This document shows positions 11,078-23,951 of a stretch of 64,000 bases of DNA, in pieces. Both the position numbers and the translations under genes were made by a program. The notes below the pieces were generated by a model. The model did no database searches and was not told the DNA's origin. It saw only the letters and a program-made list of their open reading frames with translations. Origin of the DNA: Pristiophorus japonicus (Eukaryota); assembly GCF_044704955.1 (NCBI RefSeq), contig NC_091993.1, forward strand, positions 117,056,001 to 117,120,000, given 5' to 3'. How positions within the stretch are numbered: position 1 is the first letter of the stretch; the number at the start of each line of letters is the position of its first letter.

Positions 11078-11316
11078 GGTTGTACTATCACACACCAGTA
11101 TTTTCCTTCATCACTCTTTGTTAGGTGGTCCATGGTTACTGAAAATATCCCTTGTGTTTTGTTATCAGTCAGTGATACTCCTCCTTTTTCTGGTTGATCA
11201 GTAGAAGCCATAACAGAGCTGCTCAAGTAATATTTACCTTTACACCATTGTTTATCATTGTCCTTGTAACTCATATCATACCGACAGTCCACAGTGACCG
11301 ATCCTCCCAATTCTGC
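11028..11316 (-). pseudogene. Gene B CD300/pIgR-like Ig-V exon, 5'-truncated
   Basis: ELGGSVTVDCRY..KQWCKG..DNKTQGIFSVTMDHLTKSDEGKYWC..IELKVSE G|gtaag; no acceptor or A-strand upstream; Cys of the extra disulfide replaced by Ser. Confidence 0.85.
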
Positions 11317-12024
11317 GCATTTCCCCCGCCCCCCCCCCCTTCACTTAAAGGGGAGAGCCTGCGCGATTTTTTAAAGTTCGGTCCACTGGGCCACCAGGGA
11401 GGGTTTCAGCCGGGCCAGTGGTCTGGCGCCCAAGAGGGGGTGCCAGACTGCCTGTTGGTGGCCCGGCCGAACCCGAGGGCATAATTGTTGGCCTGACGTG
11501 TCGGCCGACAAATAAAAACATGGCGGCAGCGGCAGTGCGCCTTCCCCTTTAATGGGAGCACCGCCATTTTAGAAGGACTCCAAACCAGGGCTGGCGAAAG
11601 GGTAATTGCCGCCCTCGGCCAACTGTTCACCTGGCACCCTGTCAATCCCCTCCACCTCAACCAATTCCAATATAAAGGAAAGAAACATTGCAAGATGTCT
11701 TACATGCACTGGTTTATTTTACATGCTACATAAACAAAATGATGGTAAACGTTACACAATTTATTAAATGTTCCACACTTTTCAAAAACCCTAGAACATA
11801 AATCACACTACATCAACTCTAATATAATTTATCAGATAAGACATGCAAATAAAAGTAAATCCTCATAAAGCCAATGCAACAGCAGGACAAATATTAGCAA
11901 TTCAAGCTAACTTCTGTTAAAGCGACATACCTTTAATAGTTTTCGAGTTATTGATGTGTAAAGAATAAGACAGACTGCTTAAAATGAAATTTTTCTCGCA
12001 ACAATTGAGTCAAAATTTAGAACT

Positions 12025-14351
12025 TTACTTTCTGTGCTTACAGTTTTCCAAATTTAGAAACAAGCTCTTTAAGCTCAAGTTTTTCTGCAATTTCCTGTTC
12101 CATTGACACAGTGACCAGTCCAACAAGCATTGTTGCAGCATTGAAGAACGAAGGTATGTTTTGATCAATTTCAGCTTTGGAAAGCTACTCTCCCCACTGG
12201 CAACAGAAACTGGAAGGGTCAAAAAAATGCGGAGAGCAATGAAAATGTTGGGAACACAGTCTGTCACAACAAATTTCAATACATCTTGAGGTGTAAGACG
12301 CTTTGCTAATTGCCCTGCAATAGCCTGAAATTCACTGCACTAATCTCCATGTTGCAAAGCTGACTCTAGTTTGATGCAATGTTCCATTATCTGTTTGGTG
12401 TGTTATTTTGTAAACTATGGATATCACAGAGGAAAACAAACACAGAATTAAGTTTATGCATCTGCTCAAATCGTCCTTCAACTGACTGTATTGCAGTATC
12501 GAGGACAGCAAAATAGAAGCTTATTTTTGAATTTTTGTGTTGGGTCATAAACTGGCTCGTCTTCTGCTTCATCTATAAACCGCTTCCTTTTTCTTCGAAT
12601 GCATACTGGCTCTGGTTCAAAGTCTGTTGGCATCTTGAACTCTTCAGCAAGTTCACGAGCATCTGCCAGCGCTTGTCTCTTCAAACCCTTTGTCACTCCG
12701 GCAGTCCACAAGAAAATTCTTGGTGTATTCCAGTTGTTGGGTAGCCGAATGCATGTCAAAATCCTTTGCCTGAAGTTGTTTACTAGTCAGGTTGATCTCA
12801 GAAAGAACATTATACCACAAAATAAGTGAAACAACAAATTTGAATTTGCAAAGGCCATTTGCAAGAGCTTTTGCATCAGTACGTGCAGTATTGCCAGATG
12901 AGCCTGTGAAGGTCGTATCATCAGAAATTTAAATTAGTGCATCATAGATATTGCCAAGCTCATAGCGAAGAGGTTGCAAAGCATCAATTCGACTCTCCCA
13001 TCTTGTTTCACGCAACGGTTTTACAGTTAGAGTAGGCACATGGCACCTAAGAACTTCCCAACGGTGTGTTGAACCTGAGAAATATATATAAACACGTTGC
13101 ATTAGGTCAAAGAAATGTGTTGCCTCCTAACCACATCTAGCAGCAACAGAAACCATAAATTCAGAGAGTGTGCACGGCAAAGAACAAATAAAGCCCGAGG
13201 ATTCATGTCTATTATTCTTTTCTGTACACCTTTTTCTTTACCTTTCATATTGCTCCCATTGACACAGCCTTGGCCACTTAAGTTCTCAACAGATAATGAC
13301 ATTCCTTCAAGCTGTTGTAAAAGGCTTTCAGTCACCAGTTGTCTTTTTCAACTGCATAAACCCCACAAAATGTTCCTTTATTGGATACCTCAGCATTATC
13401 CATATCTAAAGACTTCACATCTACAAAGCAAATGATCATTGTCATTTGCTCAACATGACTTGCATCTGGTGTACAAAACTATTGAAAAATATTTTGCAGC
13501 ATGTGCAGCTTCTAAGCTTTTCTCCTTAACAGCATTTGCTAAGAGTTGAATCAGTTTGTTCTGTATTTCCTTTCCAAGGTAATGCACATTATGAACGTGT
13601 GCTTTACTGTCAATTATTTTACACAGGTGCTTGTTCATGAGTGGATCAAACAAAGCCAGGTACTCCACAAACTTTAAATTTCCATTTATCAGTACTGTAT
13701 AATTTTTCACTTGTCCCCCAGAATGCTAGATTTTGTCCACCGGGAACCCTCATTAAAGCAATCAAATGCTCCAATATTTGCTGCCAATATTTTTCTTCTC
13801 GCTTGATCCTATGTAAATTTTCCTCATCAATGGAGCCTTTGGCACTGAGTACAGGAGCCACCTGACGATGCATTTTCTTCCACATTGGTAAGTCCCGTCT
13901 TGTAATGATTTGCAGAGAATTTTCTTTAATTTTCAGCTTTAGGAAAATGGAATTCTTGAAGTTGTTCAGGTCCATGTTCCAACAGAATTTGTCGCACACA
14001 ATCATCACACCTCGGCCATGTCGCAGGGTCGACATAGTTTAACTTATTTGCTTCTTCCTCATCTTTCACATTTCCATCCAGGCTGATTTCCTTTTGCGTA
14101 CGTTCTGTTCTCTGATAATCTGTATCTACCACAACTTCAGTACGTCTGCCTGTATGTGAATGTATTTCCTGGACTACCGTGATATTTTGATGCTGTGAAC
14201 TGTCTTCATCTCGATGTTGTCGGCGAAGATATTTCAGGAAGGACCCCTCTTGCTTTGCTTGCTCGTGTTCCTTTTCCGTCTTCCGTTTACGATACTGATG
14301 GTTTTCTTCTATCTGCCATGGGTACCATTTACCTATAACATTAACATTCAT
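12025..14351 (-). pseudogene. hAT transposase pseudogene
   Basis: Frameshifted pieces: QNLAFWG, YLGKEIQNKLI..AKYFSIV, GSNMKGKEKGVQ..CRAHSLNL, dimerisation domain PNIFIALRIFLTLPVSVASGESSFPKLKLIKTYLRSSM. Confidence 0.9.
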
Positions 14352-14384
14352 ATATTAGAATTTTTCTAAGCCAAAGGCAAGTGC

Positions 14385-14835
14385 AATATCGTACAATATC
14401 CTAGACGACTGTCAGTGGCATGTAAAATATTGTATATTGTCCCATATATAGGTACAATATTGTACATGCCTCTGGGATGTCTCTGGGATAATTTGCAATA
14501 TTGTACGTGACTCTTTGACAATGTACAATATGATATTTACCTCTGGGACAATGTACATTTTTGTACACTGTCCCAAAGACATCCCAGAGGCATGTACAAT
14601 ATTGTACATTGTTCCAGAGGCATCCCAGATTCATGTACAATATTGTACACTGTCCCAAATTCATCCCAGAGGCATGTACAATATTGTACACAGTCCCAAA
14701 GACATCCCAGATTCATGTACAATATTGTACACTGTCCCAAATTCATCCTGGAGGCATTTAAAACATTGTACATGCCTCAGGGACAGTGTACTATATTGTA
14801 CATTCTTCTGGGATGAATCTGAGAAGGTATAAAAT
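14385..14835. repeat. 41-bp minisatellite with palindromic core TGTACAATATTGTACA
   Basis: Regular units start at 14581, 14622, 14663, 14704 and 14745; degenerate and inverted units flank them. Confidence 0.85.
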
Positions 14836-15839
14836 ATGCATTGGCTAACCTGCCGGCAGCCTTGATATTGTATATAATAAATGTTATAATAATATTGTAA
14901 GTTAATAAATATAAGAACACAATATGAGTCCAGGCATTACAGGGGGCCTTTTTAATTTTTCAACTTTAAATTTAATTGAGGGGACACCAGGGGTGGCTCA
15001 ACGGGTTCGTGTAAACCCCCCTTTTTTTCAACAAAATTTAAAAGTCACTATTTTATTTTTCTATTTTGTTCTACCCATAAGGAAATGGGAGAGGCCAGCC
15101 AGTAACGGATACAGCCCTTTGTTCCCCTGTGCTCGTGACTAATAATTTGATATTGTTGGGGCTTTGTTTTGTAAACACTAGCAAACTGATGAGAGGTGCT
15201 TAGTTCATTGTATGACGAATATCTGGAATATCTTCCAACCCCAACCCCCTTCGCATCATATAGAAAAACGCAGTATTTATTATTTCTTCCAGTCCTGAAA
15301 TCTAACGACGTAAATCCACAAATTCAATTGACTTGTCAGTATGGAGTCAATCCCAAAACTGAAGTGACTTGCTGGCAACAGATCTGTTATATATGGCCCG
15401 TTACCTGACCCATGACACTACGTTGTCGTGTCAGCGCTGATGACTTTGACACTTCTCTGCGAACGGTGCAGCGGCAGGTGACTCTGATCACACTGTCAGG
15501 TGATGTCGGCAATGCCACATCGGTAACATGGATGATCCTGAGTCACCTGACAATTGTCATAACCTAATACCAAAGGGACCGCCACGGTGGCGCCATTGAC
15601 TCCTCCTGACCGTTGAGAGGATTAAGGGGCGGAAACCCTGATCACCAAAAACCTGGGCAGGTATAGGCAGTGACCGATCCAGGTAACCTGGCCGCCAACC
15701 CCAAAAATACGTAACGTGACCCAGTCTGTAGGTCACAGGTATAAACGCCCTCCAGCAGCGAGTCAGTGACCACTTTAGTTTTTCTGGCAACTCCGTCAGT
15801 GGTAAGTCATAGGAAAGATCTAACCCTGTTATCTGACCG

Positions 15840-16102
15840 ATAAGGGGATAAGGGGTTATGGGGAGCGGGCAGTGAAGTGGACCTGAGTCCATGATCTGAT
15901 CAGCCATGATCGTATTAAATGGCGGAGCAGGCTCAAGGGGCCGTATGGCCTATTCCTGATCCTATTTCTTAAATAAGTGTCTTTTTTGAAAATTGAAAAC
16001 ACCTTTTAATACATAGATATCTATGGCAAATATAAACATAAGAAACATAAGAAATAGGATCAGGAATAGGCCATACGGCCCCTTGAGCCTGCTCCGCCAT
16101 TT
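15840..16102. repeat. CR1 3' tail with a perfect 55-bp inverted copy
   Basis: 15917-15971 is the reverse complement of 16048-16102. Confidence 0.85.
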
Positions 16103-17233
16103 TTGACACTTCAGTGGAGTACTCCCGGCCAAGCAGCCTGCACAATATTCAATATATAATACGATTAAAACAGCATTATTAATGTTAAAATTCTATTTAT
16201 TGCTTACCCATTTTTTGCTGGCCAATTTTTTGCCGCCCACCAAATTTTGTCGCCCTAGGTGACCGCCTAGTTTGTCTAATGGTTGTGCCGGCCCTGCTCC
16301 AAACACAGTGCCCCGGCAGAAAAAGCTGCTTCTGGCACCGTGTGGTGGCAGCAAGATTTTTCCGGCAGAATTTAGCCATTGGAGCTAAAAGCTCTGATGA
16401 CGCACTTAGGACGGAGTGGTGGGGGGAGGATGGGGGAGCGGGTCACCGCCGGGATACGACAGGAGCAGAATTTTCAAAAGGGCGGCCATTACACGAAAAA
16501 TCGGCGGCCTTTCCACTCCGCAGATTTCCGGTGAACAGGTCTTAAGGGAAATGGGCAATTATGGCCCTGCTATAAACACAAGTTGTCGTTGTTGTTCTTT
16601 GGAGAATTTAATTTTCTAAAACCTGGAACCTAAATGAGCCATTGTGTCTTCTAATTAACAGGAATGCTGGTAATTGAAGCACTTACAAGAGTTTAGCAGA
16701 ACTAACGAGGGAGTATGAAAAAATAGCTCTTACAATGCAAATTTCAATGGGACCCTCATGGCACCTAAGTGTAAAAACCCTGGTGATTGGCATGCCAACG
16801 GTGAGGGTTGGTTTTGAAGTGCCCCGATATAATAATGGTTAAAGTGGTACAAGGTGAGAGAAAGCATACCAATGAGGTCAGCAGGCACCAGGGACAAACT
16901 CTCATGATTGCCCCAACCGTATTGAGGATGTAACACGCAATGGCCTGGCAGTGACTATGAGAAACAGGGTCCGCAGCATGGGGCCGGCTGCTCTTCGAAG
17001 CCATCTACAGCCCCGCATCATCTCCTTCCTCAATCAGTTTGCTGCCGACTCCTTCCAGGCAGGCTGTCTTGCTGTTCTCTGGGGAAGGTGCCCTAGAGGT
17101 GGCAAACAGCAGCACCTCCACTTTGATAACCATCGAACCACCGAGTCTGTTTGGTGCCTCCCAATTTATTGTGCCATCCACAAGGCGTTGCCCCAAACAG
17201 CCCCTGGAGTGGCTGAAAATATGTGTACCTTTC

Positions 17234-17518
17234 TGTTGTGTATGTATAATATAAGTATACTCCCTGTACACTCAATGTACAGTTACATCAGACTACTGGA
17301 TGTATCTTCACACTGTATATACTATGCTTGTACCACCAGAGGGTACAACTGGTGGAGACCCTGGGATCACCCGTACACAACAGGTAACCAGGTATAAAAT
17401 GGAGCTCACCATACTGTACCCTCACTCAGGAGCTGTAATAAATGGACTAAAGTCACCACAGTTCAAGTACAATACCTTACCTCGTGGAGTCATTACTAGA
17501 GTGCTTACAGACACAATA
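17234..17518 (+). mobile_element. Gypsy-type solo LTR
   Basis: TGTTGTG...CACAATA termini, TATAAAA and AATAAA, TSD CTTTC at 17229-17233 and 17519-17523. Confidence 0.8.
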
Positions 17519-18299
17519 CTTTCAAATATTTCCAGCTTATTTCAAAGGCTAACAAATGTTTTTGTCCCACATTAGTGAGCACTTACCTTTAAGTGCCAAC
17601 TGCTTTAATTTTAGCAGAACCCTTTAAGGAAGCTGGTGAAGCTATTCTCCATCCTGTCCTTTAGGTACACTGCCATTGGCAGGCCTGGTGTGGCCTGGGA
17701 GCTCACTTAGATAGCTAATTAGGACTAATCTTGGGAAACCACTCTGAAAATCTACACGGTAGTTGGAATAATGCCACGTCAAATGTCATCGAGGTGTCTA
17801 AAAAGAGCTTGAACCTTTATTTGACAGTTTTGCATTTGTTGAATATCCGTTGTGATGAGGCCCCGGAATCTATTGCATTTCGCGCATTGCTTTGTTCTTG
17901 CGACGTCGCTGGAAGGAAGTACATGAGATAAGCAGCTTGGAACCAGCATAGCAAGGGTAAAGACTGAGTGATAGACAAATGTAAAGTCATTTTTATTTTC
18001 AGCGTCCTTTCATAGGCTGATTTACTTGTCTGCAACATTCTAGCCAAGTCTAATTGAAAAGCTGACCTCTTGCATAAGGAATAGGATATAAGAAATAAGA
18101 GCAGGAGTAGGCCATTTGGCCCCTCGGGCCTGCTCCACCATTCAATGGCTGATCTGAAGCTGCCTGTTTCGGACCCAGGCCTGGACTTCACAATCCCCTG
18201 ACTGACTACTCATGTGTCCTTCTGTCTCCTTTTCTCTTTGTGTTCCCAGTAAGTGGGAAGGTGTGCCCTTTTACTTCGCCCCCATTCAATTATTTATGA

Positions 18300-18416
18300 T
18301 TTCAAGTCCCACTCCAGAAACTTAAGCACACAAATCTAGACTGCCACTCCCAGTGCAGTGCTGAGGGAATGCCTTTTGGATGAGACGTTAAACCGAGGCC
18401 CCGTCTGCCCTCTCAG
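18300..18416 (+). mobile_element. HE1-like SINE fragment
   Basis: TTCAAGTCCCACTCCAG..GATGAGACGTTAAACCGAGGCCCCGTCTGCCCTCTCAGG. Confidence 0.75.
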
Positions 18417-19452
18417 GGGGAGATGGGACCTGTACAAATCAGACGGGTTGCACCTCAACAGCGCCGGGACCAATATCCTCGCGTGGAGTTTTGCTCGTGT
18501 TGTTTGGGGAGAGTTTAAACGAGCTTGGCAGGGGGATGGGAACCTGAGAACGAATTCAAAAGGGAAGGAAGTAAAGCAGAAGTTGGATAGCAAGAATCTA
18601 GAAAGCGAATCTGTAAGACAGAGGAAACAGGGCTTAGTATGTAGTAAACAAGGAGGTCTTCCTGTGCTGAATGGTATATACTTTAACGCAAGGAGTATAG
18701 TGAATAAGGCGGATGAGCTAAGAGCACAGGTAGACTCTTGGGAGTATGACATTATAGCCATTACAGAAACATGGCTGAAAGAGGGACAGGTTTGGCAGAT
18801 TAATATTCCTGGATACAGGATTTTTAGACAAGAGAGAGGGGTGGAAACGGTGGGGTGGGGGTGGGTGGGTTTGCGATACTGAGTAAAGAAACTATTACAG
18901 TGGTGAGGAGGGATGATATTTTAGAGGGATCATTAACTGAGGCCATATGGGTCAAATTGAAAAATAAAAAAGGGCAATCACACTGCTGGGAGTATATTAT
19001 AGACCCCCAAACAGTGGGAGGGAGCTCGAGGAGCAAATATGTAGGTAAATTGCTGTGAGGTCTAAAAACCATAGGGTAGTAATAGTAGGGGATTTTAATT
19101 ATCCAAATATTGATTGGGACAAATTTAGTGTGAAGGGTATAGGGTGCGGAATTCTTGAAATGCATTCAAGAGAACTTTTTTAGTCAGTATGTAGCAAGCC
19201 CAACACGAGAGGGGGCGGTCTTGGATTTAGTTTTGGGGAATAAAGTTGGGCAAGTTGAAGGGGTATTAGTGGGAGAACACTTGCGTGCCAGTGACCATAA
19301 TTCAGTCAGATTCAAGTTGGTTATGGATAAGGACAAGAATAGGCCTGGAATAAAAGTTGCAAATTGGGGAAAAGCTAATTTTGCTAAATTAAGGAGTGTA
19401 TTGGCCATAGTGGACTGCAAACAGCAATTTGTGCGTAAATCGATGTTGGAAC

Positions 19453-22400
19453 TGTTATGTATGTAATCATTGGCAACCTGTATCACACCACCGCTAGAGG
19501 GCCTACCTGTTGGAGTCCCAAGGGATCCCAGCATCCCTTGGGAGCACTGTATATAAGCAGATCTCTCATGCTGTACCAACACTCTGGAGTTTAATTACAG
19601 GAACTAAGGTCACACTTACTCATTGCATACAGTACTCAGTTGTATCACTTTATTATGAGCTTAACAATTGGCGACGAGATAATGAACAACCACACGAAAA
19701 TGCAAAGAACTGTTGGTATCCTGGAGAAATTCTCAGAAGGGGACGATTGGGAGGCCTTCGTGGAGCGACTCGACCAATACTTCGTGACCAATGAGCTGGA
19801 AGGGGACGAGAACGCTGCCAAACGAAGGGCGATCCTCCTTACCATCTGTGGGGCAACAACCTATGACCTCATGAAGAATCTTCTAGCTCCGGTGAAACCA
19901 ACAACCAAATCCTATGGAGAACTGTGTACGCTGGCCCAGGAGCACCTAAATCCGAAGGAAAGCGTTTTGATGGCGAGGTATCGGTTCAACACGTGTCAAC
20001 GGTCGGAAGGCCAGGAATTGGCGAGCTACGTCGCCGAACTAAGGTGCCTTGCAGGACATTACGAATTCGATGGATTCCTTGAACAAATGCTAAGAGACTT
20101 TTTTATGCTTGGCATTGGCCATGAGGCAATCCTTCGCAAACTATTGACTGTTGAAATACGGAATCCGAGCAAAGCCATAACGATAGCCCAGGCATTTATG
20201 TCCACCAACGATAACACCAAACAAATTTCACAACATAAAGAGATTTCAGATAGTATTGTACACAAAGTAATGTTGTTTTCAAGCAGGAATGCATATGGCA
20301 GAACGTACACGCTGGCAGCTGCACGACCTCAGATGACCCAGAGTCCGCCATCAATCGTTAACATGAGGCACTTAACACCTTGTTGGTGCTGTGGAGGTGA
20401 TCGTCGGGCCCATCAATGCCACTTCAAACACTATGCGTGCAAAGGCTGTGGAACAATGGGACACCTCCAGCGAATGTGCTGACGAGCTGCAAATTCTGCA
20501 AACCACCACGTTGCAGAGGAGGATCGATCCATGGTGGATCAGGCTGAACTAGAGACTCGAACCGAGGAGGCAGAAGTGTTCGGGATACACACCTTCACCA
20601 CGAAATGTCCACCGATCATGTTAAAAGTTGAACTGAATGGAATTCCAGTCTCCATGGAACTGGACACGGATGCGAGTCAGTCTATAATGAGCAAAAAGAC
20701 CTTCGACAGGCTGTGGTGCAACAAGGCACACACGCCTAAGCTTAGCCCCATTCACACCAATCTAAGAACTTACACCAAAGAGCTGATCCCTGTTATTGGC
20801 AGCGCAGAAGTAAAAGTCTCCTATGATGCAGCAGTGCATGAACTCCCACTATGGATTGTGCCAGGGAATGGCCCCACACTGTTCGGCAGAAGCTGGCTGG
20901 GAAAAATCCGCTGGAATTGGGACAACATCCGAGCGCTTTCGCCCGTTGACGATGCCTCATGTACCCAGGTTCTGAGTAGATTCCCGTCGTTGTTCGAGCC
21001 AGGCATTGGAAGTTTCTTGGGGGCGAAGGTGCAGATCCACTTGGTTCCCGGTACATGGCCCATCCATCACAAGGCACGGGCGGTTCATATATGATGCGAG
21101 AGAAAGTGGAAATTGAGCTGGACAGGCTGCAGCGAGAAAGCATCATCGCAACAGTGGATCGAGTAGGCCTGTCCGATTGTTCCGGTTCTCAAAGGCGACG
21201 ACACGGTCAGAATTTGTGGGGACTATAAATTAACAATTAACCGTTTTTCGCTACAGGACCAGTACCCGCTACCCAAGGCAGATGACTTATTTGCGACCCT
21301 GGCTGGAGGAAAGATGTTCACCAAGTTGGGCCTGACCTCGGCCTACATGACACAGGAGCTGGAGGAGTCTTCGAAAGGCCTCACCTGCATCAACACGCAC
21401 AAAGATCTGTTCATCTACAACAGATGCCCGTTTGGGATTCGTTCGGCCACTGCAATTTTCCAACGGAACATGGAGAGCCTGCTAAAGCCGGTTCTGCGCA
21501 CCGCGGTTTTCCAGGATGACATACAGGTTGGGACGCCATCGAACACTTGCAGAACCTGGAAGAGGTTCTAAGTTGGCTAGATTGCGTGGGACTCAGGTTG
21601 AAATGCTCGAAGTGTGTTTTCCTGGCGCCAGAGGTTGAGTTCTTAGGAAGAAGTATCGCGGCAGGAGGCATCAGACCCACCGACGCTAAGATGGTGGCCA
21701 TCAAGAACGCGCCGAGACCGCAGAACCTGACGGCGCTGCGGTCGTTCCTGGGACTCCTCAACTATTTCTGTAATTTCCTGCCTGGGTTAAGCACCTTGCT
21801 AGAACCCCTACATGTGCTACTGAGCAAGGTAGATGACTGGGTATGGGGGAAATCACAAGAGGCTGCTTTTGAGAAAGCCAGAAATCTGTTATGTTCCAAC
21901 AAACTGCTTGTTCTGTATAACCCATGTAAACGATTAGTGCTAGCTTGCGATGCGTCGTCATACGGGGTCAGGTGTGTGTTATAACAGGCTAATGAATTGG
22001 GAACATTTCAACCGGTCATCTATGCGTCCAGGAGTTTGTCCAAGGCCAAAAAGGCTCACAACCTGATTGAAAAAGAAGCTCTGGTGTGCGTTTACGAGGT
22101 GAAAAAAATGCACCAGTATCTGTTTGGTCTCAAGTTTGAGCTAGATACTGACCATAAGCCGCTCATATCGCTATTTTCAGAGAGCAAAGGGATTAATACC
22201 AACGCCTCTGCCCGCATCCGAAGATGGGTGCTCACGCTGTCGGCATACAACTATGTAATCCGCTACAGACCAGGCACAGAGAGATGCGCTGATGCTCTCA
22301 GTCGGCTATCATTGCCCATCACCGGGGTGGAAATGGCACAGCCTGCAGACTTGCTCTTGTTGATGGATGCATTCGAAAATGAAAAGTCACCTGTTATGGC

Positions 22401-23951
22401 CCGCCAGATCAGGACCTATCTGGACCAGCCAGGTCCCTGGTAAAAAACTGTGTCCTCCATGGGAGCTGGTCCAGCGTCCCAGCAGAGATGCATGAAAAGA
22501 TCAAGCCGTTCCAGAGGCGTAAAGACGAAATGTCCATACAGGCGGACTATCTTTTGTGGGGTAATCGAGCGGTTTTGCCTAAGAAAGTTAGGGAAACGTT
22601 CATACGCGACCTACCCAGTAACCACCCAGGCATTGTAATGATGAAAGCCATAGCCAGATTCCATGTGTGGTGGCCCGGCATCGACTCAGACTTAGAGTCA
22701 TGCGTGCACCAATACAATACTTGATCTCAACTGAGCAATGTACCCAGAGAGGCACCGCTAAGTTTGTGGTCATGGCCCTCCAAACTGTGGTCTAGGATCC
22801 ACGTCGACTTAGTGGGCCCATTCCTAGGCAAAATGTTCTTGGTTGTTGCAGATGCTTATTCAAAATGTGGATTGAATGTGTAATAATGTCTGTAAGCACA
22901 TCCACTGTCACCATCGAAAGCCTTTGAGCCATGTTTGCCACACATGGCCTGCCTGACGTCCTTATCAGTGACAACGGGCTGTGTTTCACCAGTGCTGAAT
23001 TCAAGGAATTCATGACCCGCAATGGGATCAAGCACGTCACATCTGCCCCGTTCAAGCCCGCATCCAACGGCCAGCAGAACGGTCAGTCCAAACCATCAAG
23101 CAAAGCTTGAAACGTGTGTCGGAAGGCTCCCTGCAGACCCGCCTGTCCCGAGTCCTACTCAGCTACTGCACCAGACCCCACTCGCTCACTGAGATTCCCC
23201 CAGCCGAGCTGCTAATGAAAAGGGCGCTCAAAACAAGGCTCAACATGATCACGTTGAGGGCAGGCAACATCAACAAAGCATGTACCATGATCGCGCAAAC
23301 TTGTCGCGCGATATTGAAGTCAATGACCCTCTATTTGTAGTCAACTATGGACATGGTCCCAAATGGCTTGCTGGCACAGTCATAGCCAAAGAAGGGAGTA
23401 GGGTGTTTCAGGTAAAATTGGCCAATGGACTAACATGCAGAAAGCATTTGGACCAAACCAAATTGCGGTTCACAAACAGCCACGAGCAACCCGAAGAGGA
23501 CACCACCAACTTCGACCCTCCAACACACACACAAGTGGCAACCGACATCACGGTTGACCACGAAGCTGAACTCACCATCCCCAGCAGCCCAGCAAGGCCA
23601 GCTGCCCAGCAGCCCAGCGAAGAACCAACCAACTCACCCACACCTGCATTTGTACTGAGACGATCAACAAAGGAGCGAAAAGCCCCAGATCGTCTCACCC
23701 TGTAAATAAGTGTACTATTGACTTTGGGAGGGAGTAATGTTATGTATGTAACCCTTGGCAACCTGTATCACACTACAACCAGAGGGCCTACCTGTTGGAG
23801 TCCCAAGGGATCCAAGCATCCCTTGGGAGCACTGTATATAAGCAGGTCTCCCATGCTGTAACAACACTCTGGAGTTTACTTAAAGGAACTAAGGTCACAC
23901 TTACTCATTGCATTTAGTACTCAGTTGTATCACTTTATTTTGAGCTTAACA
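19453..23951 (+). mobile_element. Full-length decayed Ty3/Gypsy LTR retrotransposon
   Basis: 214-bp LTRs 19453-19666 and 23738-23951 (about 15 differences by eye); TSD GGAAC; PBS TGGCGACGAG (tRNA-Ser-like); PPT GGGAGGGAG. Confidence 0.95.
19700..23705 (+). pseudogene. gag-pol pseudogene (Gag with zinc knuckles, PR, RT, RNase H, IN)
   Basis: CKGCGTMGHLQRMC, ELDTDAS, FQDD, LACDASSYG, TDHKPL, HPGI..WWPGID, SDNG; multiple stops and frameshifts. Confidence 0.9.

Larger units (their letters stand above)
11586..16296 (-). mobile_element. hAT (Tip100/ZMYM1-like) DNA transposon, 4711 bp, decayed
   Basis: TIRs CAGGGCTGGC / CAGGGCCGGC; perfect 8-bp TSD CTCCAAAC at 11578-11585 and 16297-16304. Confidence 0.92.
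11317..16567. mobile_element. GC-rich non-autonomous DNA element (probably Harbinger-type MITE) split by the hAT insertion; left end truncated
   Basis: GC-rich halves 11317-11585 and 16297-16567 joined through the hAT TSD; right end GGGCAATTATGGCCC resembles the termini at 53469/54644. Confidence 0.45.

Noticed and set aside
11311-11360. Cryptic acceptor (ctctcccctttaag) rescuing gene B's V exon
   Set aside because: It would be phase 0 and start with TGA, incompatible with a phase-1 leader
14401-14832. Overlapping repetitive ORFs (MYNIVH/CTILY)
   Set aside because: Artefact of the palindromic minisatellite
16950-17230. LNQFAADSFQ resembling the Harbinger transposase N-terminus
   Set aside because: Too short and degenerate to call without an alignment
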